NCBI GenBank assembly: GCA_963763775.1
Contig: CAVXPZ010000003.1
Coordinates: 352,001-416,000 of the forward strand
From: an uncultured Chloroflexia bacterium
Lineage (GTDB): Bacteria > Chloroflexota > Limnocylindria > Limnocylindrales > CSP1-4
Direction: 5' to 3'
DNA: 64,000 nt
In this document: piece by piece, positions 52,795 to 61,516 of the stretch
Layout: each line of letters opens with the position of its first letter
Position numbering within the stretch: position 1 is the stretch's first letter
The notes under the pieces: model-generated
Seen by the model: only the letters and a program-made list of their open reading frames with translations
Told to the model about the DNA's origin: nothing
Databases searched by the model: none
Translations under genes and position numbers: made by a program

Positions 52795-52873
52795 CTCGCG
52801 CCCCGGCCGCCTTCAGCGCTCGCGGGCCGCGCTGCTTCGAGCACCCGGGGGCGATCTCCCCACGTCATTGATA

Positions 52874-52900
52874 CTTCGATTTCGTACTACGAAATCGAAG
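52874..52900. promoter_or_regulatory. Perfect AT-rich 13-1-13 inverted repeat, putative operator
   Basis: CTTCGATTTCGTA-C-TACGAAATCGAAG. Confidence 0.6.
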
Positions 52901-52972
52901 GACCGAAACGGCGGGTACGGGCGAGGGCGGGCGAGGGCGACGGGAGGCGACCCGGCGGCGCTCGGTTCGGGG

Positions 52973-53001
52973 TTGCACTCGGTCCGGGGTTCGGGTACGG
53001 T
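52973..53001 (+). promoter_or_regulatory. Sigma70-type promoter of a small transcript
   Basis: TTGCAC-17 nt-TACGGT. Confidence 0.65.
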
Positions 53002-53029
53002 TCGCCCGAACGAAAGGAGGTGATGTGCA

Positions 53030-53080
53030 GTGATCGACAGTACGCCTAGCTGCACCACCTCGCAGGAGATGGCCGTTTAG
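53030..53080 (+). CDS. Putative 16-aa peptide MIDSTPSCTTSQEMAV (or the unit is an sRNA)
   Basis: AAAGGAGGTGAT SD 9 nt from GGAGG to GTG; own promoter and terminator. Confidence 0.45.
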   Translation: MIDSTPSCTTSQEMAV

Positions 53081-53109
53081 TCGGACACCCCTGTGGGTGG
53101 GAACGCTAT

Positions 53110-53140
53110 CGAACGCCGGCCCGCAACGGGCCGGCGTTCG
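53110..53140 (+). terminator. Strong hairpin ending the small transcript
   Basis: 14-bp perfect stem CGAACGCCGGCCCG-CAA-CGGGCCGGCGTTCG. Confidence 0.7.
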
Positions 53141-53205
53141 TGCGCTCAGGACCTGCTGCGACCGCCGCGGCCATACTTCCACCCTCACGTCCGAAGGAGC
53201 CCTCC

Positions 53206-53673
53206 ATGCGCGACGAAGTGACCGTCGCCCTCAACCGAAGAGCCCGCCATGACTTCACCATCGACGACACGTTCGAGGCGGGCATCGTGCTGACCGGCAC
53301 GGAGATCAAGTCGATCCGCGCGGGCAAGGTCAACCTGTCCGATGCCTACGCGCGCGTCGAGCGCGGTGAGGCGTGGCTCATCGGTGCGCACATCGCGCCG
53401 TTCGAGGGCGGCAACCGCTACAACCACGAGCCCAAGCGCAACCGCAAGCTCCTGCTCCGACGCTCGGAGATCGATGAGCTCCTGGGCCGGGCGAAGGCCA
53501 AGGGGCAGACGATCGTCCCACTGCGGATGTACATCAACCCGAAGGGCCGGGCCAAGCTCGAGCTGGGCCTCGCCCGCGGCAAGCAGCTGCACGACCGCCG
53601 GCGCGATATCGCGGATCGCGACGCCCGGCGCGACGTGGCGCGTGAGCTCGCGGACGTCCAGCGCGGCCGATAG
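53206..53673 (+). CDS. smpB: SsrA-binding protein
   Basis: NRRARHDF, EAGIVLTGTEIKSIR, RKLLL, ARGKQLHDRR; AAGGAG SD. Confidence 0.98.
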   Translation: MRDEVTVALNRRARHDFTIDDTFEAGIVLTGTEIKSIRAGKVNLSDAYARVERGEAWLIGAHIAPFEGGNRYNHEPKRNRKLLLRRSEIDELLGRAKAKGQTIVPLRMYINPKGRAKLELGLARGKQLHDRRRDIADRDARRDVARELADVQRGR

Positions 53674-53706
53674 CGCGGCGACAGGACGACGCACGTGGAG
53701 GGGCCG

Positions 53707-54786
53707 ATGACGAGCACCATGCCGGACCGCCTGCGGATCGGCCCGGTCATCGAGGCCGTGGACGCGCACGCGTGCGGCGAACCGGGACGGGTCATCGTCG
53801 GCGGCGTCGAGGACGTCCCTGGCTTGACGATGTTCGACAAGATGACCTGGCTCCAGGCCAACCGCGACGACATCCGCCTCCGGATGCTGCGCGAGCCGCG
53901 GGGCTACCCGGCGGCGAACTGCAACCTCATCCTGCCCTCGAACCACCCCGAGGCGGCCGCCGGGTACGTGATCATGGAGCAGGTCGAGTACCCCGGGATG
54001 TCCGGCACGAACACGATGTGCGTCGTCACGGTCCTGCTGGAGACCGGGATGCTCCCGATGACCGAGCCCACGACCGAGCTCACGCTCGAGTCGCCGGCCG
54101 GGCTGATCCGCGTGACCGCCACGTGCCGAGACGGCAAGGTCGAGGACGTGACCTTCCGGAACGTGCCGGCATTCGCGACCCACCTCGACGCACCGGTGGA
54201 GGTCCCGCACCTCGGCACCGTGACCGTCGACGTCGCCTACGGCGGGATGTTCTACGTCATCGCGGACGCGGAGCGGTTCGGGCTCCGGCTCACCCCGGAC
54301 GAAGGCGCGGACATCGTGCGGATCACCGAGATGATCAAGGCCGCGGCCAACGAGCAGTTGCCCGTCGTCCACCCGGACCAGCCGGGGTTCGCGGGCATCA
54401 CGATCGGGCAGCTGTCGGGGCCGGCGCACGACGCGGCGAACAGCCGCCGGAACGTCGTGACCGTCTCGACCGGGACGCTCGACTGGGAGCGACCGGCAAC
54501 GTGGACGGGCGCCATCGACCGCTCGCCCTGCGGCACCGGGACGTCCGCGAAGATGGCGACGCTCTACGCCAAGGGCCAGCTTCGCGTGGGGGAGCCGTTC
54601 CGCCACGAGGGCATCCTCGGCACGGTGTTCACCGGCCGGCTGGTCGAGGAGACCGCGATCGGGTCGTACCGAGCGGCCGTCCCGACCATCACCGGGCAGG
54701 CCTGGATCACCGGGTTCGCCCGCTACGTCGTCGACCCCAGCGACCCGTTCCCGGACGGCTACACGATCGGCGACATCTGGGCGTGA
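53707..54786 (+). CDS. Proline racemase superfamily protein (Ser/Cys catalytic pair)
   Basis: DAHACGEPGR, EPRG, MSGT at the MCGH position, DVAYGG, DRSPCGTG. Confidence 0.9.
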   Translation: MTSTMPDRLRIGPVIEAVDAHACGEPGRVIVGGVEDVPGLTMFDKMTWLQANRDDIRLRMLREPRGYPAANCNLILPSNHPEAAAGYVIMEQVEYPGMSGTNTMCVVTVLLETGMLPMTEPTTELTLESPAGLIRVTATCRDGKVEDVTFRNVPAFATHLDAPVEVPHLGTVTVDVAYGGMFYVIADAERFGLRLTPDEGADIVRITEMIKAAANEQLPVVHPDQPGFAGITIGQLSGPAHDAANSRRNVVTVSTGTLDWERPATWTGAIDRSPCGTGTSAKMATLYAKGQLRVGEPFRHEGILGTVFTGRLVEETAIGSYRAAVPTITGQAWITGFARYVVDPSDPFPDGYTIGDIWA

Positions 54787-55589
54787 AGGCCGGGATCACG
54801 CTCACCGTCGGCGGTCCGCGCGAGACGGCCGCCCTGGCGGCGGAAGCCGAAGCCGCGGGCTGGGACGGCGTCTTCACCTGGGACGGGATCGCGATCGGGA
54901 CGACCGAGACCTACGACCCGTGGGTCGTCCTGGCGGCGATCGCGATGCGGACCGAGCGCGTCCGGATCGGCGCGCTCGTCACGCCGCCGGCTCGACGACG
55001 GCCGTGGAAGCTGGCGCGCGAGACCATGACCCTGGATGTGCTCTCCGCCGGCCGGCTCGTGCTGCCGGTCGGACTCGGGGCCCTGGACGACGGGGCGTTC
55101 GGCAACGTCGGGGAGCCGACGGAGGCGCGGGTCCGGGCCGAGCGCCTCGACGAGAGCCTGGCGATCCTCGAGGGCCTGTGGAGCGGCGAACCGTTCGGGT
55201 TCGCCGGCGAGCACTACCGGTTCGACCCGATGACGTTCCTCCCGACGCCGGTGCAGCGCCCGCGGATCCCGATCTGGGTGATCGGGGCGTGGCCGAGCGA
55301 ACGGTCGGTGCGTCGCGCCCTCCGCTTCGACGGCATCCTGCCTCAATCCGACGACCCGGCGGTGGTCCGCGAGGTCGCCGCCCTCGTCGAGCGCGAGCGA
55401 CCCGCGGCGTCTCGCGACCGGCCGTTCGACATCGTCGTCGAAGGCGTCACCGCCGATCCGGCACGGGTCGACGACACGGTCGGGCCGATGCGCGAGGCCG
55501 GGGCGACCTGGTGGATCGAGTCGGACTGGACCGGCGCGACGGTGGACTCGCTCCGGCGGCGGATCGCGGCGGGGCCGCCGGCCGGCTGA
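54783..55589 (+). CDS. LLM class flavin-dependent oxidoreductase
   Basis: AEAAGWDG, DPWVVLAAIA..T.R, TLDVLSAGRL, PVQRPRIPIWV; GTGA overlap. Confidence 0.9.
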   Translation: MKAGITLTVGGPRETAALAAEAEAAGWDGVFTWDGIAIGTTETYDPWVVLAAIAMRTERVRIGALVTPPARRRPWKLARETMTLDVLSAGRLVLPVGLGALDDGAFGNVGEPTEARVRAERLDESLAILEGLWSGEPFGFAGEHYRFDPMTFLPTPVQRPRIPIWVIGAWPSERSVRRALRFDGILPQSDDPAVVREVAALVERERPAASRDRPFDIVVEGVTADPARVDDTVGPMREAGATWWIESDWTGATVDSLRRRIAAGPPAG

Positions 55590-55620
55590 CCGAGGCCGCC
55601 CTCGCCCTGACCGCGATCGG

Positions 55621-57327
55621 TCAGCGCAGCCAGTACCGGCGATTGAGCGGGAGCACGTCCACAGGAGCGACCTCGAGCGCCCGACCGGCGAGCGTCACGC
55701 GGCCATCCGACCGGTCCACCTCGATCGGCGCCGTCGCGCGGTTCCGGGCGAGCGCCTCGCGGGTGATCCCTCGAGTGCCCCCGACGGCGACGGCTGTGCG
55801 TCCCGGAGCCTCGAGGCGCGCGACCAACCGGCGGTCCGCGGCACCGTGCGCGGACACGAACGTCAGCGACAGGCTCGCGGCCGCCCGACCGTCGCCACCC
55901 CAGTCCGGCCGGTAGCGGGTGGGCTCCGCGTGATCGACGGTGGCGTTGCCCTCGCCCAGCGGGCCCCACGCGGCGACACCGCCCTTCAGCACGAGCTCAG
56001 GTTTCACGCCGAAATACGCCGGGCTCCACAGGACGATGTCGGCGAGCCGTCCGGGCGCGAGCGACCCCACGTGGTCCGAGATGCCGTGGGCGATGGCCGG
56101 CTCCGTGGTGACCTTGGCCAGGTAGCGGAGCACCCGGTCGTTCGCGTCGAACAGGTCGCCGCTCTCTGGCGGGAGCCCGGGATGACCGGCGCCGGCCGTT
56201 GACGCGCGCCACGCCTGCATGACGTGGGCGAGCTGGAACGTCCGCCGGACCGTCTCCATCATCCGGCCCATGCCCTGTGAGTCCGAGTTGACGATCGCGA
56301 TCGCCCCGAGCTCGTGGAGCGGACCCTCGGCCGCCATCGACGCCGGGTGGACGCGCTCCGAGACGAGCGCCACGTCCTCGGCCACGCCGAACGACTGGCC
56401 GTGGTTGAGGATGATCATCGGGATCTGTTCCGCCGCGGCGTTGACGCCGAACGGGATCGTCGGGGTCGTGGACGAGCACAGGATGTTCGGCTCGCGCACG
56501 AGTCCCAGCAGATCCGGGACGTGGCCGCCTCCGCTCCCCTCGACGTGATACGCGTGAACGGTCCGACCCGCGATCGCCGCCACCGTGTCCTCGAGCTCAG
56601 CCGACTCGTGGAGGCCGTCCGTGTGGAGGGCGACCGCCACGTCATGCGCAGTCGCGAACCGCAGCACGTGGTCGATGAGTTCGGGATAGGCGCCGTAGTC
56701 CTCATGGATCTTGAACCCGCAGGCCCCGGCGTCGAGCAGCGCCTCGAGGACGGCATCGTCCTCGGCGCGGGCGCAGGCCTGCAGGCCGACGTTGAGCGGC
56801 CAGGTCGCAAGGCGATCGAGGGTGCGGGCCATCGCGTACGGCGGCTCCTCGAAGCCCGCTGTGAGCAGGGTGGTCACGCCGCCGGACAGGGCCGCTGGGA
56901 GCAGCTCGGGCGTGATGAGGTGCACGTGACTGTCGACCGCGCCGGCCGTCGCGATGAGGCCGTAGCCCATGATGGGCTGGGTGTGCGGGCCGATCGGCAG
57001 GTCGATGCCGTCGCTGACCGCGTCGCTCCCGGCCCGACCGACGCCGACCACGCGGCCGTCCTTGATCCCGATGTCGGCCTTCACGACGCCGATGAGCGGA
57101 TCGACGACGAGCGCACCGGCGATGACGACATCGAGCTCCGACGGGCCGGGACGGCCCTGGATCGAGCGTGGCCGGATGGTCTTGGCGTAGCCCCAGATCG
57201 GCTCGTCGCCGGGAGCCTGCCGGTCCTCCTCGACGCGGACCCACAGGTCCGTGTCGGCGAGCCGGACCCGGTCGCCGGTCGTGGGACCGTAGCGGGCGAG
57301 GCGCTCCTGCGGGGTGAGGCGCGTCAC
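55621..57327 (-). CDS. ureC: Urease alpha-subunit homologue (divergent)
   Basis: YGPTTGDRVRLADT, DSHVH, GFKIHED, LHTD, YHVEGSGGGH, SDSQGMGR, GSLAPGRLADIVLW. Confidence 0.88.
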   Translation of the reverse strand: MTRLTPQERLARYGPTTGDRVRLADTDLWVRVEEDRQAPGDEPIWGYAKTIRPRSIQGRPGPSELDVVIAGALVVDPLIGVVKADIGIKDGRVVGVGRAGSDAVSDGIDLPIGPHTQPIMGYGLIATAGAVDSHVHLITPELLPAALSGGVTTLLTAGFEEPPYAMARTLDRLATWPLNVGLQACARAEDDAVLEALLDAGACGFKIHEDYGAYPELIDHVLRFATAHDVAVALHTDGLHESAELEDTVAAIAGRTVHAYHVEGSGGGHVPDLLGLVREPNILCSSTTPTIPFGVNAAAEQIPMIILNHGQSFGVAEDVALVSERVHPASMAAEGPLHELGAIAIVNSDSQGMGRMMETVRRTFQLAHVMQAWRASTAGAGHPGLPPESGDLFDANDRVLRYLAKVTTEPAIAHGISDHVGSLAPGRLADIVLWSPAYFGVKPELVLKGGVAAWGPLGEGNATVDHAEPTRYRPDWGGDGRAAASLSLTFVSAHGAADRRLVARLEAPGRTAVAVGGTRGITREALARNRATAPIEVDRSDGRVTLAGRALEVAPVDVLPLNRRYWLR

Positions 57328-57331
57328 GAGG

Positions 57332-57946
57332 TCACCCGCGGCCGCCTGGCTCGCCTGGACCGCGATGCCCGCCGAAGCGGACCAGGCGGACGGTCCGGGT
57401 CTCGCCCGGCGACCAGCGCTCGGTCGAGCCGGACGGGAGATCGAGGCGGTACCCGGCCGCGGCGGCCCGGTCGAATTCGAGTCGCGGGTTGACGCGCTCG
57501 AACGGGTAGTGGCTCGACACCCGGACGACCCGGGTCGAGCCGTTGCGGACCGTGAGCTGGATCGCCTCCGTCGCGTCGGCGCCGGCCGGCGCGGCGTCGC
57601 TCGTCGACGCGAGACGGACGGCTCCAGGACCGTCCTCCGCTGCCGGGCCGAGCGGGTCGAGCAGCACGACGAGCCGCGTCCCGTCGTCCATCAGGACCTC
57701 GAGCGTGACGCGGTCGACGAGCGCCGGCACGCCCGGAAGGACCTCGGCCGGATCGACCGCTCCACGCCCGGCCGCCTCCACCTCGGCGTAGGTGGCCCCG
57801 GCGCGGGCCGCCTCGAGCATCGCGTCGCAGATCAGCGCGACGGCCTCGGGGGCGTTGAGCGCCAGGCCGGCCGCCCGATGGCGCCGAGCCAGCTCGGCCG
57901 CGGTGAAGATCAGGAGGCGCTCCTCCTCCCAGTGGGTCAGCCGCAT
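57332..57946 (-). CDS. Fused urease gamma/beta subunit (UreAB-like, divergent)
   Basis: Gamma part MRLT..EEERL..LNAPEA..DGTRLV; beta part VSSHYPF..N..LEFDR..GYRLDLPSG..PGE. Confidence 0.88.
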   Translation of the reverse strand: MRLTHWEEERLLIFTAAELARRHRAAGLALNAPEAVALICDAMLEAARAGATYAEVEAAGRGAVDPAEVLPGVPALVDRVTLEVLMDDGTRLVVLLDPLGPAAEDGPGAVRLASTSDAAPAGADATEAIQLTVRNGSTRVVRVSSHYPFERVNPRLEFDRAAAAGYRLDLPSGSTERWSPGETRTVRLVRFGGHRGPGEPGGRG

Positions 57947-57979
57947 CGACCCATCGTAGCGGCGTCGGGCGCCGGCGCG

Positions 57980-59260
57980 CTAGGGCGCGATCGACGACCG
58001 GCTCGACGCGGTTCGCAGGTCGGGCGCCATCGTGGGTCGCGCCGGCTCCGGGATGGCGATCGGGGCCGCTGGGGTCGCGGCCGGCATCCCGGCTCGCGCG
58101 TAGAGGACGACCCCGATCCCCGTCGCGACGGCGCACAGGAGCAGGCCCGCCGTGACATCGACGATCCCGGCCTGGAGCAGCGCGCTCATGAGGAACGCGG
58201 CGACGATCCCGCGCGCGCCGGTGATCGCATTCCAGCCGGCCATCGCGGCCGCGCGCGACTGGAGCGGCGTGTGGTCGCTGACGACGGCGGCGATGCCGAC
58301 ATCGATCGAGGCGCTCGCCGCGCCGGCCGCCAGCGCCGCGACCCACAGCACGAGGACGCTCGGCGCGAACGCCACGGCGATCAGCGAGAGCAGGCCCATC
58401 GTCGTGCCGATGCGCATCGCGACGAGCGCTCCGAAGCGGTCGCTCACCACGCCCCAGGCCATGAACGAGACCGTGGTCGAGGCCGCCGTCAGGATGCCGA
58501 TGATGCCGACGTCGGCGAGCGACAGGTCGAGCCGATCGACGTACACGAGCGCGTAGAGCGGAAGCGCGGCGATCAGCCCGCCGCCGTAGAACCCCTGGGC
58601 CAGGGCCACCTTCGAGAGGACCGGGCGCTCGCGCAGGGCGCGGATGGAGTCACGGGCGGAGAACACCGGCGGCCGCTCGGCAGCTCGCGCGCGGAACCCC
58701 ACGTACGCGATCGCGCACACAGCGCCGACGATCCCCGCGATCGCGACGGCCGTCGGCCCGCCCAGTCGGTCGGCGATGATCCCGCCGGCGAAGGCCGCGA
58801 GCGCCGCTGCGGCGGCCCGACCCGTGCCGATGACGCCGACGATCCGGCCGCGAAGTCGGGCCGGGTACATCGCGCCCCACAGGCGCAGGTGGAACGGGCT
58901 CCCGAACGACAGGCTGATCCAGAAGATGACCGTGGCGACGACCATGACCGGCGCCGTCGGCACGACGAACAGGGCGACGAGACTGGCCGACCCGATGGCG
59001 CGGATCAGCGCCAGCTGGCCGGTCGAGCGTGGCCCGAAGCGGCCGGCGAACGCGCCGAGCAGGTTGGCGATGAACGGGGCCGCGGCGAGCGCCGCGAGAC
59101 CCATCGGCTCGAGGCCGCCGCGCCGGGCGATCGTCGGCAGGAGGGAGGTGACGAGGGCGGCGCTGACGCCGACGCCGACGCCCGCGACGAGGTCGAGGGC
59201 GAGGTTGCGCCCGACCGCGCGCTGCGTCGGAGAAGGATGGATCGCCGGCCGGAACACCAC
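57980..59260 (-). CDS. MFS transporter
   Basis: ~12 TM segments, GIIADRLG and GVVSDRFG motif-A repeats, YPARLRGR. Confidence 0.88.
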   Translation of the reverse strand: MVFRPAIHPSPTQRAVGRNLALDLVAGVGVGVSAALVTSLLPTIARRGGLEPMGLAALAAAPFIANLLGAFAGRFGPRSTGQLALIRAIGSASLVALFVVPTAPVMVVATVIFWISLSFGSPFHLRLWGAMYPARLRGRIVGVIGTGRAAAAALAAFAGGIIADRLGGPTAVAIAGIVGAVCAIAYVGFRARAAERPPVFSARDSIRALRERPVLSKVALAQGFYGGGLIAALPLYALVYVDRLDLSLADVGIIGILTAASTTVSFMAWGVVSDRFGALVAMRIGTTMGLLSLIAVAFAPSVLVLWVAALAAGAASASIDVGIAAVVSDHTPLQSRAAAMAGWNAITGARGIVAAFLMSALLQAGIVDVTAGLLLCAVATGIGVVLYARAGMPAATPAAPIAIPEPARPTMAPDLRTASSRSSIAP

Positions 59261-59399
59261 GTACCTCGAAGCAAGCCCGCTTGGCCTGCGAGGTGAGCTG
59301 TCGGGCTCGGCGTGGGTTCGCCGTCGCGGTCGCTCCGCGATTCGCCCCAGGTGGTGGGTCCCCCGTCCTCAGCGTGCTGAGGCTCGGCCAGGGACAACC

Positions 59400-59930
59400 T
59401 TACCAGTCATCGCGCACTCGGGGCGATGGCCCGTTGGTCCTACGACGCGGGCGGGCTCGCGGTGCCGTCCCGGCACATCCGGCGCAGAGCCCGGTGATCG
59501 TGATGTGCGAGCGGTCCACCGAGAAGGACCGCCCCGCGTCGAGCATCGACACGATCGCGTCGGCCTCGCCCGGCTGGATCTCCCACGAGCCGCCACAGGC
59601 GTGGCAGTGGAGATGCCCGTGCTCATCGGTCGGGAGGACGTGGTACTCCTCGCGGCCGTCGATGCCGTGGTGGTGGCTGACGTACCCGAGGTCTTCGAGG
59701 ACGTCGAGCGTCCGATAGACCGTCGATGGCGTCGTGGTCGGGTCCAGCTCGCGGCAGCGCTCGACGAGATCACTGCCGGTCACGTGGCCGTCGACCTGGC
59801 TCAGGACGTCCACGAGCGTCCGCCGCTGCGGTGTCCAGCGAAGCCCTTCGGCGTGCAGTCGCTCACGGACACCCGGCCATCCAGGCGACGCGGCGGCGTC
59901 CTTCGACCCGGCCGTCGTGGATCCGGGCAC
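59400..59930 (-). CDS. Fur family metalloregulator (Nur/Zur-like)
   Basis: GLRWTPQR, STVYRTLDVLEDLG, HGHLHCHACG, GLCAGC; 3' end may be extended by an indel. Confidence 0.9.
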   Translation of the reverse strand: MPGSTTAGSKDAAASPGWPGVRERLHAEGLRWTPQRRTLVDVLSQVDGHVTGSDLVERCRELDPTTTPSTVYRTLDVLEDLGYVSHHHGIDGREEYHVLPTDEHGHLHCHACGGSWEIQPGEADAIVSMLDAGRSFSVDRSHITITGLCAGCAGTAPRARPRRRTNGPSPRVRDDW

Positions 59931-59932
59931 GG

Positions 59933-60901
59933 TCAGAACGGCAGGATCGAGCCGAGGTCCGGCAGGACGCCGTCGAGCCCGAAGAGGAAGACGGCGCCGA
60001 TGATGAGGCTGAAGCAGCCGGCGACGGCGCCGATCCCGACGTAGATCCGCTCGCGCGTCTGGCTCGCGACGAACCCGACCGAGCTGATCATCACGATCGC
60101 GAAGTTCGAGAGCAGCAGGCCGATGACGAACGCGAAGAGCATCGGCACCCCGAGCCCGGCACTCGCCGCACCGCCGACCGCGGCGATGAGGAGCACCTGC
60201 GTGCCGGTCTCCGCGCCGATCCCGTGGATCATGCCGACGCCGAAGGCCGTCCTCGTCCCGTACGAGCTCATCTCGAGCGGCTCGACGTGCTCGTGGCCGT
60301 GGAGCCGCGCCTGGAGATGGCGCCAGCCGAGCCGCATGCCGTCGAACACGAGCATCCACCGGCTCCGGATCCGGAACGACTCGCCGGCCCGTGCGTAGCG
60401 GTACACCGAGTAGAGCACCCAGACCCCGAGCAGGACCAGTGTCAGGCCGACGATCCGACCCATGATCGGGTCGAGCCAGTCGGGGAGGAGCGCGCCGAAC
60501 GCCAGCGCGGCGAGGCCCAACGCGATGACGACGGCCCCGTGTCCGAGGGCGTACAGCGTGCCGAGGCGGATCGCCTCGACCTGCTCGCCGGAGAGGAGTC
60601 TCGGGCGGGACCGCGTGATCATCATCGCGGGGGCGAGCGTCGCCGCGCCCGGGCCGGCGTCGTGGGCCCGCTTCTCGGTGGTGCCGCCGTGGACGTGGTG
60701 GTCGCCGGTGACGTCGCGGTGCTGCTCCTGGTGGGCCGCCTCGGCGACGCCGGCGGCCGCGGCCGTGCTCGTGATGTCGGTGATCGCGGCGATATGGTCC
60801 CAGTCGATCCCGTGGCGGATGCCCAGGAGCAAGCCGGTCACGAGGATGCCGACCGCCGCCGGGTCCAGCATGATCTGCCCGCCGATATCCACCACTCGCA
60901 C
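59933..60901 (-). CDS. NiCoT/HoxN/UreH-like nickel-cobalt permease
   Basis: LGIRHGIDWDHIAAI signature, ALGH, His-rich loops, GMIHGIGAET. Confidence 0.82.
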   Translation of the reverse strand: MRVVDIGGQIMLDPAAVGILVTGLLLGIRHGIDWDHIAAITDITSTAAAAGVAEAAHQEQHRDVTGDHHVHGGTTEKRAHDAGPGAATLAPAMMITRSRPRLLSGEQVEAIRLGTLYALGHGAVVIALGLAALAFGALLPDWLDPIMGRIVGLTLVLLGVWVLYSVYRYARAGESFRIRSRWMLVFDGMRLGWRHLQARLHGHEHVEPLEMSSYGTRTAFGVGMIHGIGAETGTQVLLIAAVGGAASAGLGVPMLFAFVIGLLLSNFAIVMISSVGFVASQTRERIYVGIGAVAGCFSLIIGAVFLFGLDGVLPDLGSILPF

Positions 60902-60941
60902 CTCCGCTGGTCGCCCTCAGGGTACCGGCGACCGCTCGTTG

Positions 60942-60957
60942 TTGCAACACGTCGCAG
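60942..60957. promoter_or_regulatory. Putative Fur-family operator upstream of the permease-regulator operon
   Basis: Imperfect palindrome TTGCAACACGTCGCAG (TGCAAC-N2-GTCGCA). Confidence 0.45.
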
Positions 60958-61094
60958 TTACGCCCCCGGCCCGCTGGACTCGTCCACCTGGTGATACGAA
61001 CGGCCACGCCGAGCGGATGCATCGCGGCGGGATGCTGGCGGAACGCCCGGGTCGGTGATAGCATCCCCGGTCCGAACCGGTGTTCGGCACCTGT

Positions 61095-61470
61095 GGGGAT
61101 GTGTGGTTTCGACAGGGCTTGGCTACCGGGGAACGCGAGCCGAGGATGCTGCTCAGGCCTCGTTAATCAGGCAGCAAAACGAAGTACCTGGCAACCGCCA
61201 GTCGACTCTCGCCCTCGCTGCTTAGGCAGTAAGGTGAGCGTGGAAGCGACCTCCGCCTCGCGGGTCGTGGAAGCGTCACTCAGCGAGGCTGCGATCCGGA
61301 CCAGCGTCACGTAGTCCGGAGTCAAGCCCGATCTAGGGGCACGTGACTGGACCGCCCGGCAGAGTGCCGATGCCCGTCCGGGCGGTCGACGACAAACCAT
61401 CGGACACGCTCGTAGTGGTCTCCGGCGAAGGGTCCTGGACGGGGAGTTCGACTCTCCCCCATCTCCACCA
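61095..61470 (+). ncRNA. ssrA: tmRNA; tag reading frame 61190-61225, (A)GNRQSTLALAA
   Basis: 5' GGGGATG pairs with 3' CATCTCC-ACCA including G3.U; GGTTTCGAC 5' motif; T-arm GTTCGACT; tag ending LALAA-stop. Confidence 0.96.
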
Positions 61471-61516
61471 AACACTCCGGCCGGGCGATCCGGTCGGCAG
61501 GTGGTGGCCGCTCCGA

